A DNA stretch of 20,000 bases from an uncultured virus (IMG/VR IMGVR_UViG_3300030109_004543) (taxonomy: Duplodnaviria > Heunggongvirae > Uroviricota > Caudoviricetes). This document shows positions 8,798 through 16,529 of the stretch, in pieces (positions within the stretch are counted from its first letter, which is position 1; every line of letters starts with the position of its first letter). Location of the stretch: the IMG/VR virus record IMGVR_UViG_3300030109_004543; one strand, written 5' to 3'. The notes beneath the pieces were generated by a model. That model worked only from the letters and a program-made list of their open reading frames with translations. It did not search any database and was not told the DNA's origin. A program made the position numbers and the translations under genes.

Positions 8798-9151
8798 ATG
8801 GTTAGTATATTTGATAGATTAATACAGAAACTAAAAAGAAGAAAGGCTAGGTATGGGGAAAGAGGTTACGAATCAAAACCTTTTAAAATGGGTAGAGTAG
8901 ATACTTGGGATTACTATGATGATGTGGAAAGAAGAATAACTGTAATAGTAAATACAATAGTACATGATGATGAGGAAGTTTATGATACAGAAGACTCTGA
9001 ATCAAGAATAGTAACTGATGTTTACATATCACCACTAGGTTGTGATTTAAAGAATGAAAGCATTCATGATTACATGGAACAACTTGATGTATCAAGCTGT
9101 GATTGTAAAGGGGAATGCTATGATGTAGAAAAAGGATTGACAGGTAATTAA
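8798..9151 (+). CDS. Hypothetical protein
   Basis: SD AAGGAG; CDCKGEC. Confidence 0.75.
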   Translation: MVSIFDRLIQKLKRRKARYGERGYESKPFKMGRVDTWDYYDDVERRITVIVNTIVHDDEEVYDTEDSESRIVTDVYISPLGCDLKNESIHDYMEQLDVSSCDCKGECYDVEKGLTGN

Positions 9152-9339
9152 TGGAAGATAATATAGAGTATACTAATTTCTTGAATCACTTTGGGCATGA
9201 TGTATTCATAGTTAAGTATGGAACTGTGGAAGAGAATGGAAAAACCTATCCTTTAAATATAGCCCTTGAATGCGAAGATTGTAATGAAGTCATTGAATCG
9301 TATGACAGAGATGAAAGGAAATGGAAAGTATATATTTGA
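9151..9339 (+). CDS. Small Zn-ribbon-like protein
   Basis: HFGHD…NIALECEDCNEVI. Confidence 0.75.
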   Translation: MEDNIEYTNFLNHFGHDVFIVKYGTVEENGKTYPLNIALECEDCNEVIESYDRDERKWKVYI

Positions 9340-9364
9340 CAAACAAATAAAAGTAGTATAGAAT
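9336..9364 (+). promoter_or_regulatory. Sigma70-type promoter driving the 9371-9493 RNA candidate
   Basis: TTGACA-17-TAGAAT. Confidence 0.8.
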
Positions 9365-9370
9365 ATAAAT

Positions 9371-9493
9371 AGGTAGTAGGAACATTGCCCAACTATGAGT
9401 CGTGTTATAAAAAGTAATTTATGTAACATTGGCAAAATTTCTCACTATGGTATCAATATGATATTTAGGAATATTAATAAGAACCTATTGCCT
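9371..9493 (+). ncRNA. Candidate ~123-nt structured small RNA
   Basis: Begins at the expected TSS; AGGTAGTAGG pairs with CCTATTGCCT; nested TTGCC/GGCAA, GTGTTATA/TGTAACAT, GGTATCA/TGATATT; no + strand ORF in track. Confidence 0.55.
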
Positions 9494-9497
9494 TGAT

Positions 9498-9526
9498 TTG
9501 ACAAACAAATAAAAGTAGTATAGACT
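9498..9526 (+). promoter_or_regulatory. Sigma70-type promoter of the glycosylase gene
   Basis: TTGACA-17-TAGACT. Confidence 0.8.
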
Positions 9527-9545
9527 TACAGGGAAGGAGTCAATA

Positions 9546-10322
9546 ATGCAAACATTTATGCCTTATGGCAATTACGAAAAAGTAGCACAGACATTAGATT
9601 ATAGAAGATTAGGTAAGCAACGAGTAGAAGGTATGCAGACCCATAATCAATTAACTAAAGGTAAAGGTGGATATAAGTATCACCCTATTAATACTATGTG
9701 GGTAGGTTACGAATCATCTTTAGCCGAGTATACAAATGCTATGATAAAAGAATGGATTGATCGTGGCTACAATAATACTATGGAATATATTAAATGTTGT
9801 GATGACCCTTCGCATAAACAAATCACTTGTTATTGTCCCTACCATGCAAATCATGAAATGCCTTTTTGGGCAGACCATTCTAATTTGAATAAATCTCATC
9901 AAGCTAATTTACTACGAAAAGACTTTGAGTATTATAGTAATCATTTTGATAATACTATTGATGTTAGTATGCCTTACTTGTGGTGGAGTAAAGAAGAAAT
10001 GGATTTAGAAGAACTATATAAAACATTAACAATAGATGACCTTCGTTATCAATACATTGATGTATACCCAAAAGGTTTTGATGTTCAACAAGTTAATGAT
10101 AAATTAAATGTATGTAATGAATGTGGAATCATTGTTATATCTGAAACAGAACTGTATTGGCAAGATGACTTTGGTGGTGGATATTGGCATGAAGGAATGT
10201 ATCAAAAGGAAGCTACTGCTCTATGTGATGATTGTCATCATAGGTTTTGTACACCTGTTAAATACAAAAAAACTAGACAAGATATAAAAAATGGTTTATT
10301 ATTATGTAATGAGGAAGTATAA
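9546..10322 (+). CDS. Pyrimidine-dimer DNA glycosylase/endonuclease V-like (MSMEG_6728-type) protein with C-terminal Zn-ribbon extension
   Basis: MQTFMPY…LDYRRLGKQRVE…HPINTMWVGYE…SHQANLLRKD…PYLW; extra ~110 aa with CNEC/CDDC. Confidence 0.8.
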   Translation: MQTFMPYGNYEKVAQTLDYRRLGKQRVEGMQTHNQLTKGKGGYKYHPINTMWVGYESSLAEYTNAMIKEWIDRGYNNTMEYIKCCDDPSHKQITCYCPYHANHEMPFWADHSNLNKSHQANLLRKDFEYYSNHFDNTIDVSMPYLWWSKEEMDLEELYKTLTIDDLRYQYIDVYPKGFDVQQVNDKLNVCNECGIIVISETELYWQDDFGGGYWHEGMYQKEATALCDDCHHRFCTPVKYKKTRQDIKNGLLLCNEEV

Positions 10323-10703
10323 ATGTTTTTAAATAGAAGTGAAGCCTATAGATATTTTGAATATAATTGTGAAGACTACTTTGAAGAGGTAGATGTCTGT
10401 AGTAATTGTGAGTCTTGGGAAGTAGGACATTTAAAATTAGTAAATCCTAATAGTGATGTTTATGATTTTGATATAGACTATAGCTTCTCTTGGTGTAAAA
10501 ACTGTGAAGACATTGGTTATATGGATATAAAAAGTATACCTTATAAAGAACTTAAAGAGAAACAGTATCCTTACGAAAGGAATAACATGGAAGACTTACT
10601 CAATTTAAAACGATTCTTGCCAAAACTAGAGAAAGATTATATAATGTTAAGGACAGATGAGTTTATAAAGCAACATAATAAATGGAATGCTCATGAAGAA
10701 TAA
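10323..10703 (+). CDS. Zn-binding hypothetical protein
   Basis: CSNC…WCKNC. Confidence 0.75.
   Translation: MFLNRSEAYRYFEYNCEDYFEEVDVCSNCESWEVGHLKLVNPNSDVYDFDIDYSFSWCKNCEDIGYMDIKSIPYKELKEKQYPYERNNMEDLLNLKRFLPKLEKDYIMLRTDEFIKQHNKWNAHEE
10617..10645 (+). promoter_or_regulatory. Intragenic sigma70-type promoter
   Basis: TTGCCA-17-TATAAT. Confidence 0.55.
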
Positions 10704-10753
10704 AATATATCAAGGAACAGGGAAAAACAATTTAACTGTGCGAGGTGTGAAAT

Positions 10754-11083
10754 ATGAATAATTTAGAAAGCTTTACAGATTTTCATAAAAGGAAACGAAA
10801 GGATTGTATTGAGTCTTTGGATTCAATGTATGCAGAACATTATGGTGGTCTTGAAGAAACAGAATTTGTAACAGACCTTGTAGCTGATTTAATGCATTGG
10901 GCAAAAGCAAATAAAATATATGATTTCAATCTTTATATTGAAAGAGCAAAGAGTTATCATAATATAGAATGGGAAGAAGATAGAGAAGAGTGGAATGAGA
11001 AACAGGAAGGGGAACAACTTGAATTAGAATTAAGAGATAAGAATGGTCATCTTAGTGAAGACTTTATCTCAGAAGATGAATAG
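10754..11083 (+). CDS. Hypothetical phage protein
   Basis: SD GAGGTG; VTDLVADLMHWA helical motif. Confidence 0.8.
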   Translation: MNNLESFTDFHKRKRKDCIESLDSMYAEHYGGLEETEFVTDLVADLMHWAKANKIYDFNLYIERAKSYHNIEWEEDREEWNEKQEGEQLELELRDKNGHLSEDFISEDE

Positions 11084-11087
11084 ACAT

Positions 11088-11116
11088 TTGACAACAAATT
11101 ATTATTGGTATAAACT
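11088..11116 (+). promoter_or_regulatory. Sigma70-type promoter
   Basis: TTGACA-17-TAAACT; next ATG 6 nt downstream, so possibly a leaderless mRNA. Confidence 0.8.
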
Positions 11117-11122
11117 AGAAGA

Positions 11123-11326
11123 ATGAATATTAAAAAAGTAAATTGGTATAACGAAGAACTAGATGAATTCTATGATGAAGACAAGGATAACAATGGCTAC
11201 ATCTATGGAATATATTTCTATGATAACGAAGTTGAAAATCACACAGAAGTAGAGTGGTTTAAAACATTGGAAGAAAGAGATAGAGAATTCGATATATTAA
11301 ATTCAAAAAACATTGAAATAATGTAA
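11123..11326 (+). CDS. Small acidic protein
   Basis: ORF track; GYIYGIY…VEWFKTLEER. Confidence 0.75.
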   Translation: MNIKKVNWYNEELDEFYDEDKDNNGYIYGIYFYDNEVENHTEVEWFKTLEERDREFDILNSKNIEIM

Positions 11327-11337
11327 AGGATAATTAA

Positions 11338-11643
11338 ATGGTTTATGATATAGATACAGATATAGAGAATGCTAGTAGAGAAGCACATAAAATATTATAT
11401 GGGTCAGAGATAGTAGGGGCAAGATATTTGTCTAAAGAAGAAGCTAATGATTTAGGGTGGTATAAAAGTGGATTAGTTTTATGGTTAAAGACTAAAGAAG
11501 GGAATACAATACAAATGATTGTTCAACAAGATGATGAAGGAAACGATAGTGGTGTTCTTGGATATCAAATATGGGAAGATTACCTTGACGACAAGAAAAG
11601 AAAAAAGATAAAAGAAGATTTATTTTATAGCATACATATATAA
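11338..11643 (+). CDS. Hypothetical phage protein
   Basis: SD AAGGA; YLSKEEA…LGW…QDDEGNDSG. Confidence 0.8.
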   Translation: MVYDIDTDIENASREAHKILYGSEIVGARYLSKEEANDLGWYKSGLVLWLKTKEGNTIQMIVQQDDEGNDSGVLGYQIWEDYLDDKKRKKIKEDLFYSIHI

Positions 11644-11654
11644 GGAAGGTACTT

Positions 11655-12002
11655 ATGGCACAACATTATGATATACAAAACTTTAGGAAAGAAAATCCTA
11701 ACTTTGATAAATGGTATCCAAAGCTAGAGAAATCAATTCAGCATTGGTTAAATTATTTAAATCTATCTCATATGAAAAGTTACAGATCACTTCATATCGT
11801 TAATAAAAGTGTAACTATAATGCCACAAGAAGACTTAGAGAAAGGAAACTCTGAATTTAATGAAGGAAGTAATATTATTTTTCGATACACTTCCCCTATC
11901 AAAACTAGACTATGGTTTGACCAAGAAGATAAAGTATGCGATAATATGTTTGAAGTGCATGGATTGGATAGGGAAATAAAGAAAATATATTTGGTAGCAT
12001 AA
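11655..12002 (+). CDS. Hypothetical protein
   Basis: SD AAGGAAGG. Confidence 0.75.
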   Translation: MAQHYDIQNFRKENPNFDKWYPKLEKSIQHWLNYLNLSHMKSYRSLHIVNKSVTIMPQEDLEKGNSEFNEGSNIIFRYTSPIKTRLWFDQEDKVCDNMFEVHGLDREIKKIYLVA

Positions 12003-12064
12003 GATAAACTACCAAAGAAATTTATAAATGTTTATCAAAATGTTTATGGATTACTAAATTAATA

Positions 12065-12151
12065 GCAAGGGTCGAAAGTTAGTTACTCGTAAAGTTTATT
12101 TTAATGTTTAATCAAATTCATTTAAATATTCAGATTAGCTAACTTCCTTGT
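12065..12151 (+). ncRNA. Candidate end-closed RNA, unit A (87 nt)
   Basis: GCAAGG/CCTTGT plus AAGTTAGTTA/TAGCTAACTT with a 5-nt bulge; weak TTATCA-17-TAAATT upstream. Confidence 0.5.
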
Positions 12152-12164
12152 AAATAGAAAATAA

Positions 12165-12306
12165 AAGAGTAACTAGTTAAAACTTTATAAACATTAATAA
12201 TTGGAACTTATTTGAATTGGGTATAAAGGAAATGGGGATTAAATCAATCAGCGAATTGATATCTTTATTAGGAAATGGAAAAGCCTATATTTAACTAGCT
12301 ACTCTT
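12165..12306 (+). ncRNA. Candidate end-closed RNA, unit B (142 nt)
   Basis: AAGAGTAACTAGTTAAA (12165-12181) pairs at 16/17 positions with TTTAACTAGCTACTCTT (12290-12306). Confidence 0.5.
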
Positions 12307-12311
12307 AAAAG

Positions 12312-12340
12312 TTGACAATGTTATTTATAGATGGTATACT
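12312..12340 (+). promoter_or_regulatory. Sigma70-type promoter, extended -10
   Basis: TTGACA-17-TATACT with TGn. Confidence 0.85.
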
Positions 12341-12366
12341 ATAATAAATTAAATAAGAGGAAACAA

Positions 12367-12660
12367 ATGAATAATAGAAACATGACAGTAATAGATGAAA
12401 TTCTAAAATGTGAAACAACAGATGAAGTGAACAATATCATTGATGATATAAACTCAGCTCTTAGAACTGTGAAGAATAAAATTAATGGTAGAGCAAGGTT
12501 TGATTTTTCTGTAGGGGATAAAGTATTAGTAAACGAAAGGAATGGAAGAAAATCAGAAGGGGAAATTCTAAAGATTAACAGAACAAGAGCAAAAGTAAGA
12601 ATGAATGGAATCACTTATAATGTTCCATTTAATATTATGCAATTACAGGAAGCTATTTAA
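12367..12660 (+). CDS. KOW/SH3-like domain protein
   Basis: SD GAGG; FSVGDKVLV…GEILKINRTRAKV…YNVP. Confidence 0.75.
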   Translation: MNNRNMTVIDEILKCETTDEVNNIIDDINSALRTVKNKINGRARFDFSVGDKVLVNERNGRKSEGEILKINRTRAKVRMNGITYNVPFNIMQLQEAI

Positions 12661-12887
12661 TGAGTGAATTTAACACATGGTTAACTAATACATTAACACA
12701 TTATAATGTTGAACAAGAATGGCATGAAGAATATGCCAAGCAACATAAATTAAAATGTAACATACTTGATTGTAATCCAAAGGATTTAACACAAGTACAT
12801 CACGATTGGTTTGATTCCGATACAGGATTGATAGATGAAAACCAAAAATTAGCAATGGAAATTCTATTTAAAATAAGCAGTAAATAA
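12660..12887 (+). CDS. Hypothetical protein
   Basis: TAATG coupling. Confidence 0.7.
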   Translation: MSEFNTWLTNTLTHYNVEQEWHEEYAKQHKLKCNILDCNPKDLTQVHHDWFDSDTGLIDENQKLAMEILFKISSK

Positions 12888-13247
12888 ATGAGTGGAAATA
12901 GTTACAATACAGAATGTCCTTATTGCCACTCAGAAATGGAAACATATTCAGATTGGAAACCATACGAAGCTACAAATCATCAATGTCTAGAATGTGGTTG
13001 GTTTACAATTACAATAGAAGGAAGATATAGCTTGGAAGAAGTAAACGAAATTAGAAGCGAATATGAATATAGTAAACCACTAAAGGAATTAAAGAAGATA
13101 GATTTTGAAGAGAAGAAAACAAAAGCAAGTAAGGTACTTGACAACATTAAGATATACTTAGATAATAATAAAGATTCGCATATAACTGCTTATATGTTAA
13201 TAAATTTTATCTACAGTCAAGAATTAAAGGTAACAGAATGGAACTAA
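12888..13247 (+). CDS. Zn-ribbon protein
   Basis: CPYC…CLECG. Confidence 0.75.
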   Translation: MSGNSYNTECPYCHSEMETYSDWKPYEATNHQCLECGWFTITIEGRYSLEEVNEIRSEYEYSKPLKELKKIDFEEKKTKASKVLDNIKIYLDNNKDSHITAYMLINFIYSQELKVTEWN

Positions 13248-13537
13248 TAAGAGAAGCAAAGATTAAAGATATCTATGGAAGAGTAAATCATGAATATGAT
13301 TACTTTAATTCAGAGAGTGGTGAGTGGGAAGAATACCAAACACTTTCCCATTGTTGTTTTGCTACAGTATCTTTTACTGATTTCTGTGGAAGTTGTTATG
13401 ATCATTGTAGTATTGAATGTAATCATTGTGGTGTAACAGGGGATATAAGTGGTTGTCCATTTCATTTGTCTACTATGTCAGAAACTTTAAATAGCGATAA
13501 CTATTCAAAATATTATGTAAGTGAGCATTGGGATTAA
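13238..13537 (+). CDS. Cys-rich hypothetical protein
   Basis: SHCC…CGSCYDHC…CNHC…CPFH. Confidence 0.7.
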   Translation: MELIREAKIKDIYGRVNHEYDYFNSESGEWEEYQTLSHCCFATVSFTDFCGSCYDHCSIECNHCGVTGDISGCPFHLSTMSETLNSDNYSKYYVSEHWD

Positions 13538-13899
13538 TGATTAAAGTTAATGATACAGTAAGAATAAAAAACGATAAGACTTATAGCTATTCAAAACTAT
13601 GGAAAGTAATAGCAGTTAAAGATGATAAAGTTGCTTGTGAATTAAGAATAAGTGAAATTGAAGTCCTTAGAAAATCGTTTGACAAATCAAAAATACAAGT
13701 GTATATTAAACAGAATGATGAGTGGATAATAGGAAACACTTTAAAAAATAAGACTTATCAAGTATACTTTTTTGGTGGGGCAATTGAATTGTATGAAGGT
13801 AGTAGTGAAGAAGAAATTGATGAATACTTGGAAGATAATTGGAAAGAAATAACAGATAATCTTTCATGGAATATAGAAGCCGAAATAGAAGAGAGATAA
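13537..13899 (+). CDS. Hypothetical protein, SH3-like N-terminus
   Basis: TAATG coupling; IKVNDTVRIK. Confidence 0.7.
   Translation: MIKVNDTVRIKNDKTYSYSKLWKVIAVKDDKVACELRISEIEVLRKSFDKSKIQVYIKQNDEWIIGNTLKNKTYQVYFFGGAIELYEGSSEEEIDEYLEDNWKEITDNLSWNIEAEIEER
13679..13707 (+). promoter_or_regulatory. Intragenic sigma70-type promoter
   Basis: TTGACA-17-TATATT. Confidence 0.55.
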
Positions 13900-13901
13900 A
13901 A

Positions 13902-14195
13902 ATGGGAAAGATAACAGAAATAGATTTAGTAGAACAAGTAGGAAGGAATAGGAAAGCATTAGAAATGCATTTATCAGCTAATTTCTATCCTAGACACCCA
14001 AGCTATGTAGAAGAGTCTACTCTTAAAGGATTTGAACTCTATTGGAAAGGGGAACTAGGAATAGTGGAACTAGCTAAGTATTGCTATTTAAATGACTACT
14101 ACGATTTATATAAATACTATGAATCTTTTTTGAATGACGAAGATGTAGAATTCGAGAGAGATTTAATTCACGAAGATTTAGAATTTGACAATTAA
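13902..14195 (+). CDS. Hypothetical phage protein
   Basis: LEMHLSANFYPRHP motif; ORF track start 13866. Confidence 0.75.
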   Translation: MGKITEIDLVEQVGRNRKALEMHLSANFYPRHPSYVEESTLKGFELYWKGELGIVELAKYCYLNDYYDLYKYYESFLNDEDVEFERDLIHEDLEFDN

Positions 14196-14213
14196 TGAGA
14201 TTTAGTATAATAT
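14185..14213 (+). promoter_or_regulatory. Sigma70-type promoter
   Basis: TTGACA-17-TAATAT (TATAAT at 15-bp spacing). Confidence 0.7.
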
Positions 14214-14246
14214 ATAAGTAATACAAATTAAAACGAGTAAATAAAA

Positions 14247-14717
14247 ATGAGTGGAATAGAAGATATAATTAATAATGAAGATTGGTCAGAGAAATTTGAT
14301 GACATCACAGGTAAAGACTTGGCAAAAGAAATGGAAGTTTTTTGTGATAAAGTTATGGAAACTAATAAAGAGATACTAAGTAAAGATATATTTTCTTCTG
14401 AACATTCTCAATTTTTATTTGACAGAGTAGAAAACGAAATACGAAGCTTTTCTACTTATCATCAGATAAAAGGATTAATTCTATCTAGTGATTTTGAATC
14501 AGCTAAAAGAAAAGTTATGAAAGATACAGGTATGGAAGAGAGAACATTTAACAGGATTATGAATAATGGTCGTATGCTAGAAACAATGGTTATCTTCCCT
14601 AGAGTGTCTGAATATTGTGCCGAAGTATTTAAAATATCTATAGACTTTAAAGATGAAGATGTAGACAAATTATATAAAGATGTATTTGGGAAGGAAAAAG
14701 ATAATGATGAATCCTAA
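14247..14717 (+). CDS. Hypothetical helical acidic protein
   Basis: ORF track. Confidence 0.75.
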   Translation: MSGIEDIINNEDWSEKFDDITGKDLAKEMEVFCDKVMETNKEILSKDIFSSEHSQFLFDRVENEIRSFSTYHQIKGLILSSDFESAKRKVMKDTGMEERTFNRIMNNGRMLETMVIFPRVSEYCAEVFKISIDFKDEDVDKLYKDVFGKEKDNDES

Positions 14718-14943
14718 TCCAAAAGTTAAACCTACAACATTAAAAGCTGAAATATCAATTCAGTTAGACCATGACCCATACAACATAGAAACAGTAGAAC
14801 TTGACATTGAGAAATCTGACGATTATACTATGGGTATGACTTTGTTAAAGATGTTTCAAGGCATTGTTACTGAACTTGTAACTAATGAATCGCCTTGTGA
14901 TGATAACGAAGCTACTTTAAAAATTACTTTGTTTAGAGGATAA
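14704..14943 (+). CDS. Hypothetical protein
   Basis: SD AAGGA; ORF track start 14680. Confidence 0.65.
   Translation: MMNPNPKVKPTTLKAEISIQLDHDPYNIETVELDIEKSDDYTMGMTLLKMFQGIVTELVTNESPCDDNEATLKITLFRG
14801..14829 (+). promoter_or_regulatory. Intragenic sigma70-type promoter
   Basis: TTGACA-17-TATACT. Confidence 0.6.
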
Positions 14944-14948
14944 ATAAA

Positions 14949-15452
14949 ATGAAAGCAAAAGATATAAGAATTGGGGATTTAATAGAATTTGAGTATACAG
15001 TAAGAATAAAATATGACGAAGATAGTAAACCACTAATTGAAGGAACTGATGAAATAAAACTAAAAAAAGGTTTAGTTACAGGAAAGGAAGACCTAAGACT
15101 AGTTACTATTCGAGATGAAGATAAAAATTCTTCTACATATATGCAATATATTAAATATGATGAATTGTACATGAAAGACATACATGAAGTATTAGAATTA
15201 TCTAAACCTTTAACTGATAGAGAAAAAGATATTATAAACTTCTATGAAAATCATATTTCTGATATCTATAGTACAGTAGAAGATGAACTACAAACTGCAA
15301 GGGGATTAATAGATGAACTTAGCTATCAAATAACTAGTGTTGAAAATGAAGTAGTTGGGGATATGCAAGAAAGGTTAATTGAACATTTAGAAGAACAAGA
15401 AGCCGAAGAAAGAAGAAAGTCAATACAAGATATAGTAGGGAAGGATAAATAA
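14949..15452 (+). CDS. Hypothetical protein with coiled-coil C-terminus
   Basis: SD GAGGA; MKAKDIRIGDLI N-terminus. Confidence 0.75.
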   Translation: MKAKDIRIGDLIEFEYTVRIKYDEDSKPLIEGTDEIKLKKGLVTGKEDLRLVTIRDEDKNSSTYMQYIKYDELYMKDIHEVLELSKPLTDREKDIINFYENHISDIYSTVEDELQTARGLIDELSYQITSVENEVVGDMQERLIEHLEEQEAEERRKSIQDIVGKDK

Positions 15453-15679
15453 TGGGTTGGTATTCAGACGAGTGTTTACAGATAACTGATTCATTTGAAT
15501 TTGATTATAAGAATGATACAAATTTAAGACATCTTTTTACAGGTAGTGATCAAACACCTACAGACATATGGATATTAAATAAGAAAAAAGAATGTCTACT
15601 TAGAATGAAAGGTGTGTATAATGGAATGGCAAGAGAAGTACAAGAGTTAGAAAAGAACTTGAAAAGGAATTCAAGATGA
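15452..15679 (+). CDS. Hypothetical protein
   Basis: TAATG coupling; SD AAGGA. Confidence 0.7.
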   Translation: MGWYSDECLQITDSFEFDYKNDTNLRHLFTGSDQTPTDIWILNKKKECLLRMKGVYNGMAREVQELEKNLKRNSR

Positions 15680-15909
15680 AAGTAAAAGATTGGGAACTAG
15701 ACTTCAGTACAAAAGTGGGGGATAGAGTAAAGATTATTGGAACTAAAACAATAGGAACAGTAATAGAAGATAAGGAAGACACTCAAGTAATAGAAGTAGA
15801 AAATCATTGGTGTGATTATTGGAAGAGAAGATATACAATGACAGGAGAATATAAAAAGGATAGACTTAGGAAGGTAGTATACTTCTATCTATATAGAAAT
15901 GATTTATAA
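15676..15909 (+). CDS. KOW/SH3-like small protein
   Basis: KVGDRVKIIGTKTIGTVIE. Confidence 0.7.
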   Translation: MKVKDWELDFSTKVGDRVKIIGTKTIGTVIEDKEDTQVIEVENHWCDYWKRRYTMTGEYKKDRLRKVVYFYLYRNDL

Positions 15910-15920
15910 AAAGACATTCA

Positions 15921-15960
15921 ATGTATTCAAATGTATCTAAATGTATCTTAATATGTCCTA
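15921..15960. repeat. 10-bp period tandem repeat (ATGTATTCAA ATGTATCTAA ATGTATCTTA ATATGTCCTA)
   Basis: Direct inspection. Confidence 0.7.
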
Positions 15961-15989
15961 AAATAGAACTAAAGGAAACTAGTTGACAA

Positions 15990-16352
15990 ATGACCATCAA
16001 GGAAGTAATTAATAGAACTATGTATAGCATAAAGACCTATCTGTTGGATTATCCTTTCCAAAGCATAAAGGAAGGAATATGGGAAAGGGATAGGAAAAGC
16101 TTGGAAGTATCACTAGCTTTGTGTACTAATCCTTATGTATCATCTTGTTGTAAATATGATGTGTATACTTGGAGTATTTCTGATAAGGTAGAAGACTTGG
16201 AACTGCTGGAATGGTTGAGAAAAGGTGGAAGGCTTGGAAGCAAGTTGTTAGGTAAGTATGATTCCTTTAGTATATGCTTTAAGTGTAGGCTATGGTGTGG
16301 TTTATTAGAAGATAACTTCTTTACTTTTTCCCACGAATCTGATACTATATAG
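15990..16352 (+). CDS. Cys-containing hypothetical protein (uncertain)
   Basis: SSCC…CFKCRLWC resembles the 13238 ORF motif; weak SD. Confidence 0.45.
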   Translation: MTIKEVINRTMYSIKTYLLDYPFQSIKEGIWERDRKSLEVSLALCTNPYVSSCCKYDVYTWSISDKVEDLELLEWLRKGGRLGSKLLGKYDSFSICFKCRLWCGLLEDNFFTFSHESDTI

Positions 16353-16494
16353 ATACCCTTTAAGAAAAGAATAAAAGTATAGGTTTCTTAATATATCTTA
16401 ACTTTACTTTGTTCTGACTATTAAAGGTAATAAATTTGAGAAAGGTACTCTGTTATATTGTCCTTAAAATAAACTGAAAAATTATATTACACAG

Positions 16495-16523
16495 TTGACA
16501 GGGTATCTGAAAAATGATAAGAT
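16495..16523 (+). promoter_or_regulatory. Sigma70-type promoter, extended -10
   Basis: TTGACA-17-TAAGAT with TGn. Confidence 0.8.
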
Positions 16524-16529
16524 ATAAAT

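Larger units (their letters stand above)
9334..9524 (+). repeat. Exact 29-bp direct repeat ATTTGACAAACAAATAAAAGTAGTATAGA (9334-9362, 9496-9524)
   Basis: Direct comparison; each copy is a promoter core. Confidence 0.95.

Noticed and set aside
9334..9524. CRISPR mini-array
   Set aside because: Only two repeats, which are promoter cores; the 133-bp spacer is too long and there are no cas genes
15983..16011. Promoter at TTGACA 15983
   Set aside because: No TAnnnT at 16-18 bp spacing
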